Made by a program: the position numbers and the translations under genes. A DNA stretch of 64,000 nucleotides from Vicugna vicugna (taxonomy: Eukaryota), in contig PNXW01004639.1 of assembly GCA_013265495.1 (NCBI GenBank), positions 124,001 to 188,000 of the forward strand, read 5' to 3'. Below, one piece after another: positions 1-13,937 of the stretch; the stretch's first letter is position 1, and every line of letters starts with the position of its first letter. A model generated the notes under the pieces. That model saw only the letters and a program-made list of their open reading frames with translations, was not told the DNA's origin and searched no databases.

Positions 1-440
1 AGACACAAGCAGAAGGCACGAGACTCCTGGGTCAGGGACAAAAGACTTTATCTCTCACAGCAAAAGCATTAGCCAGAGCTTTGTGTTGGTTTGTGCCGGT
101 TCTCGCGCCCCCTGTCTCCACACAAATGGCGCACAGGCCTCACCAGGGAGCTGCACACCGGGTGAGCTGTGACCCAACACTGGAGCACGGGGCTCAGGGG
201 ACTCGCCGCTCCTGCAGTGAGAGCAGCAGGCCTGTGCCTGGGGAGACAGTGTCTCGTCTCTCAAAGGTGTTCACTACAAATGCAGCTCGAGGGAGGCCGG
301 GGAGAGGGTGGTCAGCACCCTGCCTTCCTTCCACGTCCGGGAGCGCATTCGGGGACATTCAGGGCCCCTGGCAGACTGCCCCTCCCGACGCAGGCAGAAA
401 GACCCAGGCCCACCCTAACCACTCCCAGCTCCTCCTCAGA
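1..440 (-). mobile_element. Old ERVL-type LTR remnant (MER54/MER74/MER88-like), truncated by the window start
   Basis: 'gactcctgggtcagggacaaaagactttatctctcacagcaaaagcattagccagag' resembles the antisense 3' end of this LTR group. Confidence 0.55.
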
Positions 441-454
441 TCCCCACTCAGGCT

Positions 455-640
455 CTGGATCCACTCCACTGGCTGTGAATCCCAGCTTCACCACGTATTA
501 ACTTCAACACGTTACCTAACCACTTCATGCCTCAGTTTACCCATCAATAATTGGGACACTAATAAAGCCATTTCATCGGATTAAGTGACTTCATATACAC
601 ATGGCTTTAGAACGTCCCTGACACACAGTGAGCACTGGCT
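455..640 (+). mobile_element. MIR SINE remnant
   Basis: MIR core-like 'tgtgaatcccagcttcacc...cctcagtttacccatcaataattggg...cacagtgagcac'. Confidence 0.7.
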
Positions 641-1241
641 CTGTCCTCGTTTGTGTCCTGACCCTCACTTCCCAGTTCTCTTTTAGACAATTTCACATTT
701 TCTCATTGAGACTTCTCAGTTGGGATCTCAGGGGAAGATGAAGCCCTGATACCCCACGGCCCGCATTGTCTGCAGTGACTTAACTTCTCCCTTAGGCATC
801 TGGAGTGACACTAGCTATGCACCTTCCTCGGAAGAATTGAGGACACAGTGATTCAAATTGCTTTTGATGTTCTGTGCTTCAGATTAGGACTCCCAGTTTA
901 AAAAGCCAATTACCTTTGCCTTTAATGAACAGAGAATTTCCCTCCAGGCTGCGTCATCTATCACTGGCCCTCTGTGGGGCCCAGGTCTTGTCTGATCAGT
1001 GGCCACCCCTGGACAGGGAACAGTCTGGTGCCATTTGTCTCAGCAGGGTGTCTTGCTCACCATCGTGCAGCCCAGCACCACGTCTGACACCAGCAGATGC
1101 AGCAGAAGGATTTATCTGTTCACTCAGTGAAGGTGTAGCAGGGACCATCACTGACAGTTTACCCCCACTTCCCCAACCCCATCTTCTTCTTGGACTTGAC
1201 TCATTATAATATGAATGATTTTAAAGGACAGCTTTTTTTTA

Positions 1242-1367
1242 GGGGGAGAAGGTAGAGCTCAGCGGTAGAGCGCATGTTCAGCGTGTAGGAGATCCTGGGT
1301 TCAATCCCCAGTACCTCTGTTAAAAGAATCAAATCGCCTCCCCCACCAAAATAAAACAAAAAACAAA
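1242..1367 (+). mobile_element. tRNA-derived camelid SINE (vic-1-like)
   Basis: A box (agctcagcggtagagcg), B box (ggttcaatccc), A-rich tail, and TSD taaaggacagct at 1222-1233 and 1368-1379. Confidence 0.9.
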
Positions 1368-2997
1368 TAAAGGACAGCTGTTTTTGTTTTTGTTTTTTTA
1401 ATCTCTGTTGCTTGGCTCTGGAAAAAGGAAAATAGAAGACTTGGAAATTCTATGAAGATAAATACTTTCTCTAAGATAAAACCTTTTTAATACCCTTTGC
1501 TAATTTTTGCAACATGGCTGACTTGAGATACTTTATAAACATCTGTGGGATCATGGAAAGTATGTTCCAGATACATTGCTTTCGGATGATAAAGATTAGA
1601 AAATCCAGGGAAACAAACCATTGACAGATCCTAGATGGTTCCCTTCCAGGATCATGTATTTCACAGGGGCTTTCAGGAAGTCCTGGATCATGCTCAACTC
1701 AGATTTGAGAGTTCTGACATGAGACTCATAAGTTTTAAATATCAGGCTGTCAGCAGGCAGAATTCCATTCCACTGTACAGGTTTTAGCAATTGACAAATT
1801 ACTGGTCCCAGGAGCTGTCACACCTCCATCTGAGGTTGGCCACAGGCTGTCTGAAAACAATTTAAAATATTCTTTTCAAACAGGATCTTTTAAAGATATT
1901 TGAACACTGAGAAACTCCAGTTGAGATCCCAGAATTCTGATTCATATAAAGAAGAATTAATTTTGTCTTGAAAAATTTTAGGATATTGTATTATGTATTA
2001 TTACAGATTATAAATCTAGATTCCCAAGCAAATCAATACAAAAAGTTTGTAAAGAGCAGTTCTGAGCTCAGGGCTGAGTCAGTGGGCATAAGGGAAGTTC
2101 AGATACATCTGCCCTGCCTTCAAGGAACTTACCTCGGAAGTCTTCCCTGCTGTACCCTCTCATATCTGCCCCCTGCTTCCACTAGACTGAAAAATCTATC
2201 CCTTCTAAAATCCCTTAGTTTGATTGTAGATATATTCTTAAAAAAAATGCAAACTCAATCAGCAAACTAATCAGATATTTCCAAATAACCAAGTAAGTTA
2301 CACGTTATAATGATTTTTGCATTTTATTAGGTTCCTACCTAATTCAGTTCTAAACCCAAACCATATTTCTTCATTACACTATTGAATCAGTTATGATAAT
2401 TATATGATCTTTTCTTCGGGTGAGTTTTAATTCTCTAAGTCCCTGTGAAATCCAGAACTGTTTAGGCTTTCTTGTCATCTTTTAAACTTGTCTACATTGT
2501 AAGCTAACACTGCACTGCTGTAAAACTGAACCTTGCTTTCTCCTACTTGGAATGCCTCCTGACCAAGAAGCATTGACCTATAGCAGTATACATATGCATG
2601 TGTACATGTGTATATAATTTCTCCAACTGCTAGATCCATTGAATAAAGAGTTATTTGTTTTTTGTTTTTAATTTTCATGAGCCACGGAAATAAAGCGCAT
2701 TTCCCTAAACTCTCATGATCTTGCATTAAAGGAGAAGAAAACGGACTAATAAACTATTGTTCACACAGGGCTCCTGAAAAAAAACAGCATGCATTTCTGA
2801 ATGCTGTAGGTAGGAGCTTGATGGCAGGGTCCTCTGTGTGCGTGATGAATTGAAAGGTCTGTCTGTGGCCCATCTGCGCTCGTTCCTGATGCAATGGTTG
2901 CTGGCTGGGACGGAGTCAAGAGGACAGTACTGAGCATTACATTATCTGTTGCTAAAGATTTCCAGAAGCTCCTTTAAAACAAAAAAATTATGGCTTC

Positions 2998-4252
2998 CTT
3001 TTTTTCTTTTTAATTGAAGTACAGTCGGTTTATAATATTGTGTTAATTTCTGGTGTACAGCATAGTGATTCAGTTATACATATATATATTCTTTTTCATT
3101 ATAGGCTATTATAAAGTATTGAATATAGTCCCCTGCTATCCAAGTAGGACCTTGCTGTTTATCTGTTTTATATATAGCAGTTAGTATCTGCAAATCTCCA
3201 ACTCCCAATTTATCCCTCCTCTCCTTCCCCCTGGTAACCATAAGTTTGCTTTCTATCTCAGTGAGTCTGTTTCTGTTTTGTAAATAAGTTCATTTGTGCC
3301 AGTTTTTAGGTTCCACATGTAAGTGATATTATATGGTATTTTTCTTTCCCATTCTGGCTTACTAGCAGTACAACAATCTGTAAGTCCAACTAAGTTGCTG
3401 CAAATGGCATTATTTTGCTATTTTTTATAGCTGAGTAGTATTCCATTGTGTATATATACCATATCTTTATACAATCATATGTCAATGGGCATTTAGTTTG
3501 CTTCCATGTCATGGCTATTGTATATAGTGCTGCTATGAACATCAGAGTGCATGTATCTTTTCGAATTAAAATTTCCTCCAGATATATGCTCAGGAGTGGG
3601 ATTGCTGGATCATATGGTAAGTCTATTTTCAATTTTTTAAGGAATCTCCGTACTCTTTTCCATATGGCTGCACCAGACTACATTCCCACCAACAGTGTAG
3701 GAAGGTTCCCTTTTCTCTGCACCTTCCCCAGCATTTATTATTTGTGGACTTTTGAGTGATGGCCATTCTGACTGGTGTGAGGTGATGCCTCATTGTAGTA
3801 TTGATTTGCATTTCTCTGATAATTAGTGATATTCAGCATTTTTTTCATGTGCCTACTGGCCATTTGTATGTCTTCTCTGGAGAAATGTTTGTTTAGGTCT
3901 TCTGCCCATTTTTGGATTTAGTTGTTTGTTGTTTTGTTATTGATTTGTATGAGCTGTTTATATATTCTGGAAATTAAGCCCTTGTCAGTTGCATCATTTG
4001 CAAACATTTTTTTCCTGTTCTGTGGGTTGTCTTTTTGTCTTGTTTATAGTTTCCTTAGCTGTGCAAAAGCTTATAAGTTTAATTAGGTCCCATTTGTCTA
4101 TATTTGCTTTTATTTCTCTTGCCTTGGTAGACTGCCCTAGGAAATCATTGCTAAGATTTATTTCAGAGAATGTTTTGCCTATGTTTTCTTCTACGAGGTT
4201 TATAGTGTAATGTCTTATGTTTAAGCCTTTAAGCCATTTTGAATTTATTTTT
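2998..4252 (-). mobile_element. 5'-truncated LINE-1 (ORF2 C-terminus plus 3'UTR)
   Basis: Minus-strand ORFs give the L1 ORF2 C-terminal motifs 'HLTPVRMA...CWWEC' and 'LPYDPAIPLL...MEYYSAIK'; poly-T at ~3000 is the antisense poly-A. Confidence 0.95.
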
Positions 4253-4609
4253 AACCATCAAACATGAAGAAGGCAATTTACACTGTACTCCCTTACCTAC
4301 CCTTCTTTTCTACAGAATAGTAAAGATTTGAGCATGGGTAAAATTTAGAGATTACTTGTTCTATCATTCACATAAGGAAATTTAAACTAACAAATGTAAC
4401 TTGTCCAGGATTAAAACTAGAAATGACTGCTGTGGGTTAAAATGCATTTGTTAGATTAATTTTTAAAAGGGCATGATGTATATTCACCAGTTTGTTTTTC
4501 CTTAATATTTAAATATAATGAACTTCAAAGTACATTTCCTTGATGCTTTACCATTTACATGTAGAACTTCCTAGAATTTACTAATTGAGTCAGATTTACA
4601 TAAATTTAC

Positions 4610-4664
4610 TCCTTCCTTCCCTCCTTCCCTCTTTCCTCCCTTCCTCCCTCCCTTCCTTCCTTCC
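4610..4664. repeat. (CCTT/CCCT)n pyrimidine microsatellite
   Basis: Read directly from the sequence. Confidence 0.9.
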
Positions 4665-7600
4665 ACAAACAATGAGCTGTAAAAATGTTCCAGGCACTGC
4701 ATTTGTCACTAGAAATTTTCCAAAAGAAAAAAAAAGGAATGAGAAATAATTTTTTGCCCTCAAAAAGATCAGGCAGCTATCCAAAGTGCTATGGTTTTCT
4801 GCCATAAAAGATAAAGTTGCCATTAATATTCTCTTACACAGAAATTTTACAGGTTCTTTGGTTCAAAAGGAAATTGCACATCAAGTTAGGTACTTTTCTT
4901 TTGCTATATATGGCAGTTAGTTTTTACTGCAAAAAGAAAAATTAATGTAAAGGTAGAAAAGTAATGGAAAACACTTTTTATAGCTGACTCTGCAGAGCAT
5001 TACATCACAATTTGATTAATACACCTAGTTAACATTTAAGTGTCTTAAGAGAAATATTTTTCTTGTTTACAACCCACATTTCTTCCTTCCCCTAAGCTTA
5101 ATTTAATGCAAAAACTCCCGCTGATATAATTGTTAATGCTTGAGAATTTCTGTTTTCTGTTCACAAAGCATGAGATGCGTTTTTATGTGCTGTGTACTGT
5201 ATGCGTTGAAGCAGCAAGAACATTTCTCACAGCCTTGCAAAAGTAAAACTAACTTGTGTGGTGATTTCAACAGCAAAAGTCCTAGGTTTAATTAATAACA
5301 AAGAGCTACTCCAACAAAGAGCTACGTGAGGATTTTATTTAAGTCCAACTCAGCCAAGGAAATTGGGTTTATAATTGTTATTTGCTGTCTGTCATGTAGA
5401 TTCTTAATGACTTCATTTTATTATCTGGTGGTGAAATTTTACTAAAAGTAATTTTCTGATTGACTTGCATTCTGTGACATATGAATTATTAAGAAAAATA
5501 AAGGTTAATTAATCAGACTTTATTGTATGTAACCAGCACTGCGCATATTCCAATCTCTAGCAGCAATACTAAGTGAAAGTTGGTTCCTGCAGACTATTTC
5601 CAACAGGGTACTTCTATTCAACTTTTGTTTTACATGTATAAGAAGTACACTGCTCCCTAAAAAAATTAAGATTTTTTTTTTGTAATGAAAACAGAGGTTT
5701 AGCATGTTTGAAGGTTTCTGACAGACTCAAATTTAAAATTATAATAATTGCCAGTAAAAGGTTCATTTCTTGTGAAAGAGTTGGCTGCAGACTTTATCTT
5801 CCTGACAAAGAACATTATTAATTCACTTTAAAAATCTATACCTGCCATCAACTGAAATTAACTAATATTTACTAAGCACCTACTCTATGTAAGGTTTTTT
5901 TTTCTGTCTTCAGAATTCCTAAAATGTGTTCATGTAAGATTATTTAAAACTGCTCAGAATAACTTTCTTGTCTTTAAGGAAGGAAGAGAGGAAGGAAGGA
6001 CTAGGTGAAACAAAGAAAGAAAATATTTAAATGTAAAAACATAATAATCGACACGAGGACTCGCAGTTCTTGGGATTTTTTTAAAAAGATATTAGTTTAA
6101 CCTTTTACATTCAAGTATTTTCTAGCCTCTCTTTTACGAATTAACATCACATAGTGAATTTTAATTTAAAAAAATTAAAAATAGGAAAAGACCAAGTTAG
6201 CTAAAGTGTCTCTTCCACTCATAGGGTAGGCGCTCACAAGTAAGTTAATATTATTCATTCATCTAAATATGTGCACTGAGACAGCTGGCAGGTTGTAGCC
6301 CTCATTGTATTTCTTCAAGGGACAGCAGCAGTCAGGGAAAAAAATAGTTTATTTACTTACTATATAAGCAAATATAAATATTCATTTAAGAATAGACACA
6401 CATAATACTCATTCCATACTTTTGTTTAGGGTAATAGGGGCATTATTTTTGCATACTCGAGTACTCATCATGATCTGCATACAGTGCTAGGTGTTTTGCG
6501 TGCATTGTTTTGCTTTTTCTTCACAAATACAGTTAACAATAAATAGTTATCCTCACTTAATAGATAGATAATGCATGCTAGGATGTGTGTGTTTAGAAAT
6601 AGTCATGTTGTCTGCAAGTGGTTCAGATGTACGTTTGTTCGTGTGTGTGTGTAGATTGTGAGAACACAACTTTTCAATAGTTTGACACTTGTCATAATGA
6701 AGACTTGGAGAAAAACAATGACAGATGTGAACACTGCCTGAATTCTGTGCCCCTCCCTTCCCAGCAGCAGCGTATAAAAGTCCACATTCATCAGCACGAT
6801 GGGTGCGGAGAGCTCTCTCCTGGTGGCTGGGATTGCGCATTCGTCTTCACGATGCATTTGAGCGTATGTTTATGTTTCTGGGAGATTTGGGGAAATAAAT
6901 TAGAATAGTCAGTCACTTTTGAGGACACTTTGTCAATTATATATTACAATTTCAAATTTTCGTAGGCTATGTCTGAGCAATTCCCCCTCTCAGTATTTCC
7001 CCTAGGGGGAAAAAAAATTCGTGCCCACACAGGTTCGAAGCTAGATGCTCGCAGCAGTATTGTTTGCAAAGGAGAAAAATTGGAGCCACTGTTATGTCCA
7101 TTAATAACGGCAAAACAAGAAGGCCCACATTGTGAATTCATATGTACAAGCATGTGCCATGATTGTGGTAAAGACTGAGAACTGATGACAAAATATACTA
7201 AAGACATTTTACAGAAAGTCTCAGCAGGTGAAGCCAGCCATCTCTCTTTGGGGCCTCTGGAGAAGGGTGAGAACCTGCCCCAAAGCCTCTTCCGCCGGGG
7301 CCGAGCCTCTGTCTCCAGCCTGTTCTAGGGTTGTCCCCAGCAGGTCGAGATGATGTCTAAGCAGTTGTACATCGTTTCCTCTGTTGGGAGTACAGTGTTT
7401 GGGTCATTTGCTTTCCTTCACCAAAGTGGGGAGAAGACAGGGATTCCCGAGCAATCACCTCTAAAGCTAGAACTTGCTTGTAAGGAGAGAGAACTGGAAT
7501 TTTGTTCCTTAGCTGGAACGTCCTGAGTCAGAGAACGTGCTAAATTACCCTTAACCTGTGAAGAAAGGAAAGGAGAATTGGAGAGAAGTGTCTTGGTAGG

Positions 7601-8578
7601 AGACAGGCAGGGACCGAGGAAGCCAAGGCAGTGCCCTGGAGTGCCCAGGTCCTCAGAGGTGCAGAAGATGGATTCACAGGCACGGTTCCTGGAGCCACGG
7701 TGATGGTGGACTGGGAGTCCCGGCTTTGCCAGCACTGCACAGCGTTGGAGGGAAAGAGCAATCCCAGCACAGGGGTGCTCGTGAAGGCCACCAGGACAGG
7801 AGCAAGTGGTGAGCAAACCTCACATGCAAGCAAATAGCAGTACGCAGAGGAGCTGCCAGAGAGTGAAACGTCTTGTGGGCGAGCCGCTCAGCAGGATGCC
7901 CGTGGGCAACGGTTATCCAGCGGCGCAGCCCAGCCGTAAGCGAGCTGCAGCTTCAGCCCTTACGTAGAGGTGTTTCCTCGTTTCTCTTTTTCTTCTCCCC
8001 GCTCAGAAACAGAGGAGCTAGCACAGAGGAAAAGTGGAAAAATCGAGCAAGGTTCAAACCATAACGTCTCCAGCTTTGGGATACTAGGAAGGCTGTAGTA
8101 TTGGGGTCAACTGAACTAACTTAACTTTCTTGGCCTCATAATCCCAATCTTTAAGATTTGTCTAGAACAGTTATTCTTAATTTTTGAATCATGAACTACA
8201 GTGAAAATCATTTGAGCCTTTATCATTACATTCTCAGAAAATCGTGGACCTTCACCCAGGAATTATGCTCAGACATACAAACTGAAAACAATTTGTGTGA
8301 TTTTTGAACAGATTATGGGCTCTTTGACACTGATCAGATTAAGAGCCCTTAGACAATCTGCCAGATCTTCTCATCTCCAATTCTTCACAAAATTTATAAC
8401 TTTTGAATCAATCAAAGAGTTTTCCTGGAGGAAAAAATAATGGTTTTCCATATAACGTAGAAATCGAATAATAAATCATTGAATAAAAGGATATGGCCAG
8501 CCGTACTCTTGAGTTGTGAGGTTTCCATGGCTGAAGAAAGTTGTAAAATAGAATTTGTTTCCAATGATCTTTTTAGAT

Positions 8579-8786
8579 CAGGAGTTGATGAACTTTTTCT
8601 ATAGATAGCAAATATTTTAGGTTTCCCAGGCCATAAAATCTCTGCCACAACCACTCAGCTCTACCCTTGTAGCGTGAGAGGAGCCATGTGCAGTGTGTAA
8701 ACAAGTGAGCATGGCTGTGTCCCAATAAAACTTTATTTACCCAAACAAGCAGAGGGTGAGAATTGGCCTGTTGATTGCTGGCCTGT
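8579..8786 (+). mobile_element. MER58A-like hAT-Charlie MITE
   Basis: 'aaatattttaggtttcccaggcca...actcagctct...ggctgtgtcccaataaaactttattta' matches the remembered MER58A consensus; ends are cagg...cctg. Confidence 0.85.
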
Positions 8787-10919
8787 TTTTTGATGGTCAA
8801 AGCTATCTTCGAACTTCGCATTCAGCCTAACAGTCTTTTTACTATTTTGCCCTAAGCTTTAAATATAGCAACATTAAAAGTCTATTTGTATCCTGATATT
8901 CAGGTATGATAATATCTATAATCTAAATTCCTTATTTTTCACTATACAAGTGTATAGTTGGGAAAAACTGCCAAAAAAAAGAATACCTTTTTAATTTAAA
9001 AATATATTGTGTTTTTTAGATATGTTAGAACTACAGATTGCAACAATTTAATGAATTGATTTGTCTAAGATTGTATCCAAATTTCTTTTATCCTTTGCTT
9101 CGTGAAAGTACGTCAGATAGACCTTTACTGCAAGACATTGCTGTTAATTTGGTTTATTTAAATCCATAATTTAAGAAAAATGAATGCGTAGTCACTGCCA
9201 GTTTTACAGCCAGACGCACTAGTAGTTATGAGATCTGTCCTGCTTAGGCCTTTGGAAGTGGTAAGGAGAAAATAATCATTCAGGTGGCTTTTCTGTGTTT
9301 GAAATATTTTTCTTGGATAAAGGATGGATGATAAAGGAATCAATATTTTAAATACACAGCATTAAAAATCTTGCCAAGTGTCACCGTTCCCGCACTGGAG
9401 TTAGCTGCATCTGTCCAAGGAGTTATGTATTCTATTTCTGTGCCTTATCGGTAATAAGGTAGTTTAGTCACACATCTTCCCACTGTGTATACAAGTTTAA
9501 TTTTTCATAATTCTGTCTTTAAGAAACATTACATTCTTCTGAGACTAAAGATTAATAACAACATAAATTAGATTGTCTGGGTTTTCAGGGGATTTCACAG
9601 ATTTAACACTCCATTCTGGTACATGAAAAATCCAGGATTCATTTCTCAGGTTAAAGAGTCGAGGTCCTTTTCGTATAGTACTTTTACAACGTCAATTAAT
9701 TATTTTTATTTCGTGCTTTATCCTGAGATAAAGATTTTGAATACTAATTGAAACTCAGCTCTAGTTACTGCCAACGAAAACTTAAACCTTAAACCTTCCT
9801 TTCCTTATATGTAGCTTTTTGTAGTAACAGTTTAAATAATGTCTTATGTAAAGTGTCTTGGATGAAAAAAAAAGAAAAACCCTTGGTCCATAGAAATTTT
9901 ATACTCAATATTATTTTTCCATATCTCACAAATCTGCTAAGTACTTGCCACTTTTCCCCCCTTTTCTCCCTTCAAGAATTTAAACTGATTTCTCTGGGAT
10001 CTTTCCCCAAAGCCCTAAATTTTATGATAAATCCTCTCTCCTCCTGTTACTTTCACGTGTCTAATTTTTATTTTTCTTTTTGTTACATTTTGTACCTCTG
10101 TTGCTCTCTGCAATATTGATTAGAAATAGAAAGTAAACAAAACCCGGTAGAACTAGGAGAGAAATGTATTGGTCTGCAATCTTTTGACTTTCCTGTTTGC
10201 TTTATTATCTCTTTTGTAAACGATCCTCATATTTCTTCCTCCCTTTTATGTTTTGCTAATTCAACATTTCTTAGTTCTCTATTCTGTGAAAGCTCATTAC
10301 TAGGTTTCTGAGATTAGCATTTTCACTATATTCTACTAAAAAGTACTTTTTACTGGCTTGTTGGTATTTGGTTGGCCTGTTTCAAACGTCGATTGCCTCA
10401 CTTTGGTCTTTATCACCATAGAACTCGACCTACCGAGAGCTCAAGGGAGCAATCAGTGGCAATGCTTTCATGTATTTTAGGTGCAAAAATACTGCCTTAC
10501 TATGCTGTACCCCGAAACTTAACATAATACTGTAAAGCAATTATACGTCAATTTTAAAAAATGATTTGATCTCTCCATAGACATCACAGTGGAACAGAAG
10601 GTTAAACTTACTGATAGACGTCCTTAACACTCTGATTTTTAAAGAGTGGACCCAGCAAGTCATGCCACAAACTTCATTCCATTTCTACCTTGTTCTTTTA
10701 AAAGAGCTTTTCTCCCAAAACAGGAAGAGGATGCGCAGGTGTGCACACACCTATAGCAGGTGGTTCACACACGATCTGATTTTGTATTTCCATATCTCTG
10801 TCCCATTTTACAGAGAATAATGTTGAAGCCAAGTAGTTCAGTTATTTTCCCAAAGTCTTAAGTATAGTAAATAATGGATCCAAGATTTAATCTCTTATAC
10901 ATCTGTCTTTAAAATTCAA

Positions 10920-11034
10920 ATGTCTGTCTCCTTAAAGAGATAGATACTGCCTGGACCCTATTATAAGAAAATATCACGCTGTTTCTCATGTCTGTCTCCT
11001 TAAAGAGATAGATACTGCCTGGACCCTATTATAA
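10920..11034. repeat. Exact 47-bp direct duplication with a 21-bp spacer
   Basis: atgtctgtctccttaaagagatagatactgcctggaccctattataa occurs at 10920-10966 and 10988-11034. Confidence 0.95.
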
Positions 11035-11299
11035 CCATCTAGGAAAAAGGTTTAAATACTTTCTTTATTATAAAGTTTGGGGAGTTCTAAATGAATATTA
11101 CTAATATTATCTTTTTCACTATTTTTTCACTAACCCTAAGAAAAGCCAACATAATAAACTTACAGACTGAGGCATTTATTTGTTAATCTAAGGAACGTTT
11201 CTTGGACGCCTACCTGCGAATGATACCATGTAAGATGCTGAGGAAACGTAAAGATGAAACACGGGCTCTGACTTGAAAGCATTGTTTTCATTGGCCACT

Positions 11300-11520
11300 C
11301 CCCCCAATTAAGAGTCTGTTTCCTCATCTGTAAAGTGAGTAAAATCGAAGTACTTACCTCATTTACTTTTTTCATGTAGTTACTTTTATTATCCCCCCTT
11401 TTACTGATGAGGAAACTAAGGCACAGAGAAGTTAAGTGACTTTCTTAAGGTCACACAGCTAATCGATGGTGGAGCTGCGATTTGAACCCAGGCAGTCTGG
11501 CTTCGCTGTGCATTCTCAGC
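11300..11520. mobile_element. Two MIR fragments in opposite orientation
   Basis: 'tctgtttcctcatctgtaaagtg' (+) is followed by 'gatgaggaaactaaggcacagagaagttaagtgacttt...aaggtcacacagct...tttgaacccaggcagtctgg' (-). Confidence 0.8.
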
Positions 11521-12778
11521 CGCTGTGTCATGCTGCCTGCGGGAAGGTCAGTAGACACCACACTGAGAGGTGACTTGATGCTGGCTTCTTTCTGTTCTGA
11601 TGCACACGGGGTCCCAGATCCCTTGTTACTCCATTTGTGAATCTTACAGTTCCTGGTGCCACTCGTTAAAAAACAGGTTCAATGTCCTATGTGTTAGACA
11701 AAGAAAATACAAGGACTTAGAAAATTTTGTCTTTCTCTTTAACCAGGTTTAAAATGAAACAAAATTACTTAAAAAATTATAGAAGTAACAATAAGTAACT
11801 CTGATCTCAGAGAGCTGTTTTGAGAATCAAATTAGACTATAGGATGCCATAATAGCTTTAGCAGAGAATAGATGCTTGATAAATAATTTGTGCTTTATAA
11901 AAAGAAAACTGCTGAAACATTTTTGCATTTACTGCTAGGAAAGAGCTGTCCGTGTCTTCCAAGAATGAGGGAGAAAATAGACTTCCTGTTCTAAATTTGA
12001 AATAGTTTGTGAAATCTCATTAAAACTAAAACTTAAACCTGCACTAGTATAACAGGGCGTGTGTCTCGTTTATTGCTCTGCCCGCAGCCGGAATACGGTG
12101 CCGAGAGCATCGTACACGACTGAGTGTGGCGGGGAAGAAACCCACCTGTGATACCCAACAAAATTACAAATCGGTCAATATTTGTGTTAGTTGATTTTAT
12201 TTGTAATTCTGTTTGGGGATGCAGAGGCTGAAAAGAACATTCCAGAACAAGGGGAATAAAATTTTATACCTTTTGAATTCCTAATACATGCTGTGTAATA
12301 TGTGAGGCATGTTCTCATGTGTGATCTTATTTGTGCCTTCTGTCGCAACCCTTATAAACGTGGTCAGTGGGCCCTAGGTCAAGCTGTTCCCAGGACTTGG
12401 AAGTAAGGGAAACCGCATTGCCCTTGACAAGCACACGGTGACACCAGCACGTACAGGATGACGGTAGGACCACTCGCAGCCACCTGCCAGGCGCCCAGGA
12501 TGAGCCCACGCAGAGAGGAACGTGAATCAGGAGGAGGGTGGGCGGAACTGGAGACACAGTCATGGCTTCCACTTATGAGCACTTACCCTGCGCCAAGCAG
12601 GGCACTGAGAACTTTTCGTTCTTTTCCCAACACTGAGAAAGTGGCAGACTTGGAAGTTGACACCTGGCCTGCGTGACTCTGAGGTCTGTAGTCCTGGAAT
12701 CTCAGGTCCTGTCCGCCTGCTGTCTGTGGGGAGAGGATGCCTCCTGGGGCTGTAAGGAGTTCTGATGAGTATTAACTA

Positions 12779-12838
12779 CATCATCATCATCATCATCATC
12801 ATTATTATTATTATTATTATCATCAGTATCATTATTAT
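12779..12838. repeat. Compound (CAT)n(TAT)n microsatellite
   Basis: Read directly from the sequence. Confidence 0.9.
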
Positions 12839-13458
12839 TTTGGCTACCCAGTAGCAAACTCTGTTCCTATGCCTGGGACATCCACACAGTGTGTGTCTTG
12901 GTCGGAGGCCCAGCCAAGCTGAGGCGCCCGCCAGGAAGGCGCGGTCGAGGAAGCAGAGAAGCGGAAGCAGTGGGGACGTGTTCTGGGCTCAGAGCGGCTG
13001 CAGCTCATCCACTTTTAAGGGACCTCAGCATTGGAGGTGCCCTGCTGGCCCCAGTGACTTTGCCAGCTGGAGCCCTGGGCAGCACAGCGCTGCTCCCCGA
13101 GTTCCCTAGCCAGGCGTCAGAGCCCTCCTTCATTCCTGTTCATCTTCTGATCCCGGCTCCCCATCCTTCCCGTGACCCTGTGAGTTAACCAACAGTTCAG
13201 TTCCATGAATTCTTATCCTCCGGTCATAACGTGACTGACACAGCGTCACAGTCAGCATAACTCCAGGAGTCTCTGTAGGGAGGGTTGAAAGGAGCTGTCT
13301 TTGCCTCATGCATTAAAATCTTAGTCCTGTAATTCCCTGGCCTTGTTCTTCTTGTCAAGCAAACTTTTGATCATGATTTGCTTCAGTCCATGGAGAAACA
13401 CTGAGCTGGCCCTGCTGACGGGAGAATTCCCATTCACCAGAATGGTTCTGCTTCCCAT

Positions 13459-13937
13459 CGTTGCTGAGTCCGAGCTCGAACTGCTCGCTGTACAACAGCC
13501 CAATAAATCGAGGGATCAGTTTTGGGGGCAACGAATAGTGACTTTATTCAGAAAGCCAGCAGACCAAGGATATGGAGGACTAGTGTCCCAGAGGACCACC
13601 GTGCCTGAGTTAGAATTCAGGTGTCTTTATACTAACAACGGGGAGAGGGTAAAGTCAAACATTTCCTGTTTTCCGTCAGCCTTTAGAGGGGTGGTGTTCA
13701 TTTTTTGCTTGCTGCGGTCACTCACAGGTGGGCCTGGTCAGGGTATTTCCTGTGAGCTAAACAAAGGTATTTTAGCTTAATGCTTATTAAGGAGGGGAGG
13801 CGGGGTTCCCAGAGTTGGGCCACTAAGTATAATGTAAACTTATAGATAACATCCCTTCGGTGGTTAACAAGCAATAGAATGCAAGTTAAAGTAGAAGAAA
13901 GAGATCTAACAGAGTCAGATGTGTTCTTCCCTCGGAC
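13459..13937 (-). mobile_element. ERV1-type solo LTR (cetartiodactyl MER41-like)
   Basis: Starts 'cgttgctgagtccgagctc', has an antisense polyA signal (actttatt) and TATA-like 'ctttata', and is ~480 bp long. Confidence 0.65.

Noticed and set aside
81..584. 167-aa ORF
   Set aside because: It spans an LTR remnant and a MIR, uses a non-ATG start and resembles no protein I know.
1242..1320. tRNA gene
   Set aside because: It has A/B boxes but also an A-rich tail, a TSD and four other diverged copies, so it is a SINE.
5297..5325. Short tandem duplications (also 20025-20063 and 57056-57087)
   Set aside because: 13-15 bp slippage duplications are common background in mammalian DNA.
10920..11034. 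CRISPR-like repeat-spacer-repeat
   Set aside because: Only two repeats, a mammalian context and no cas genes.
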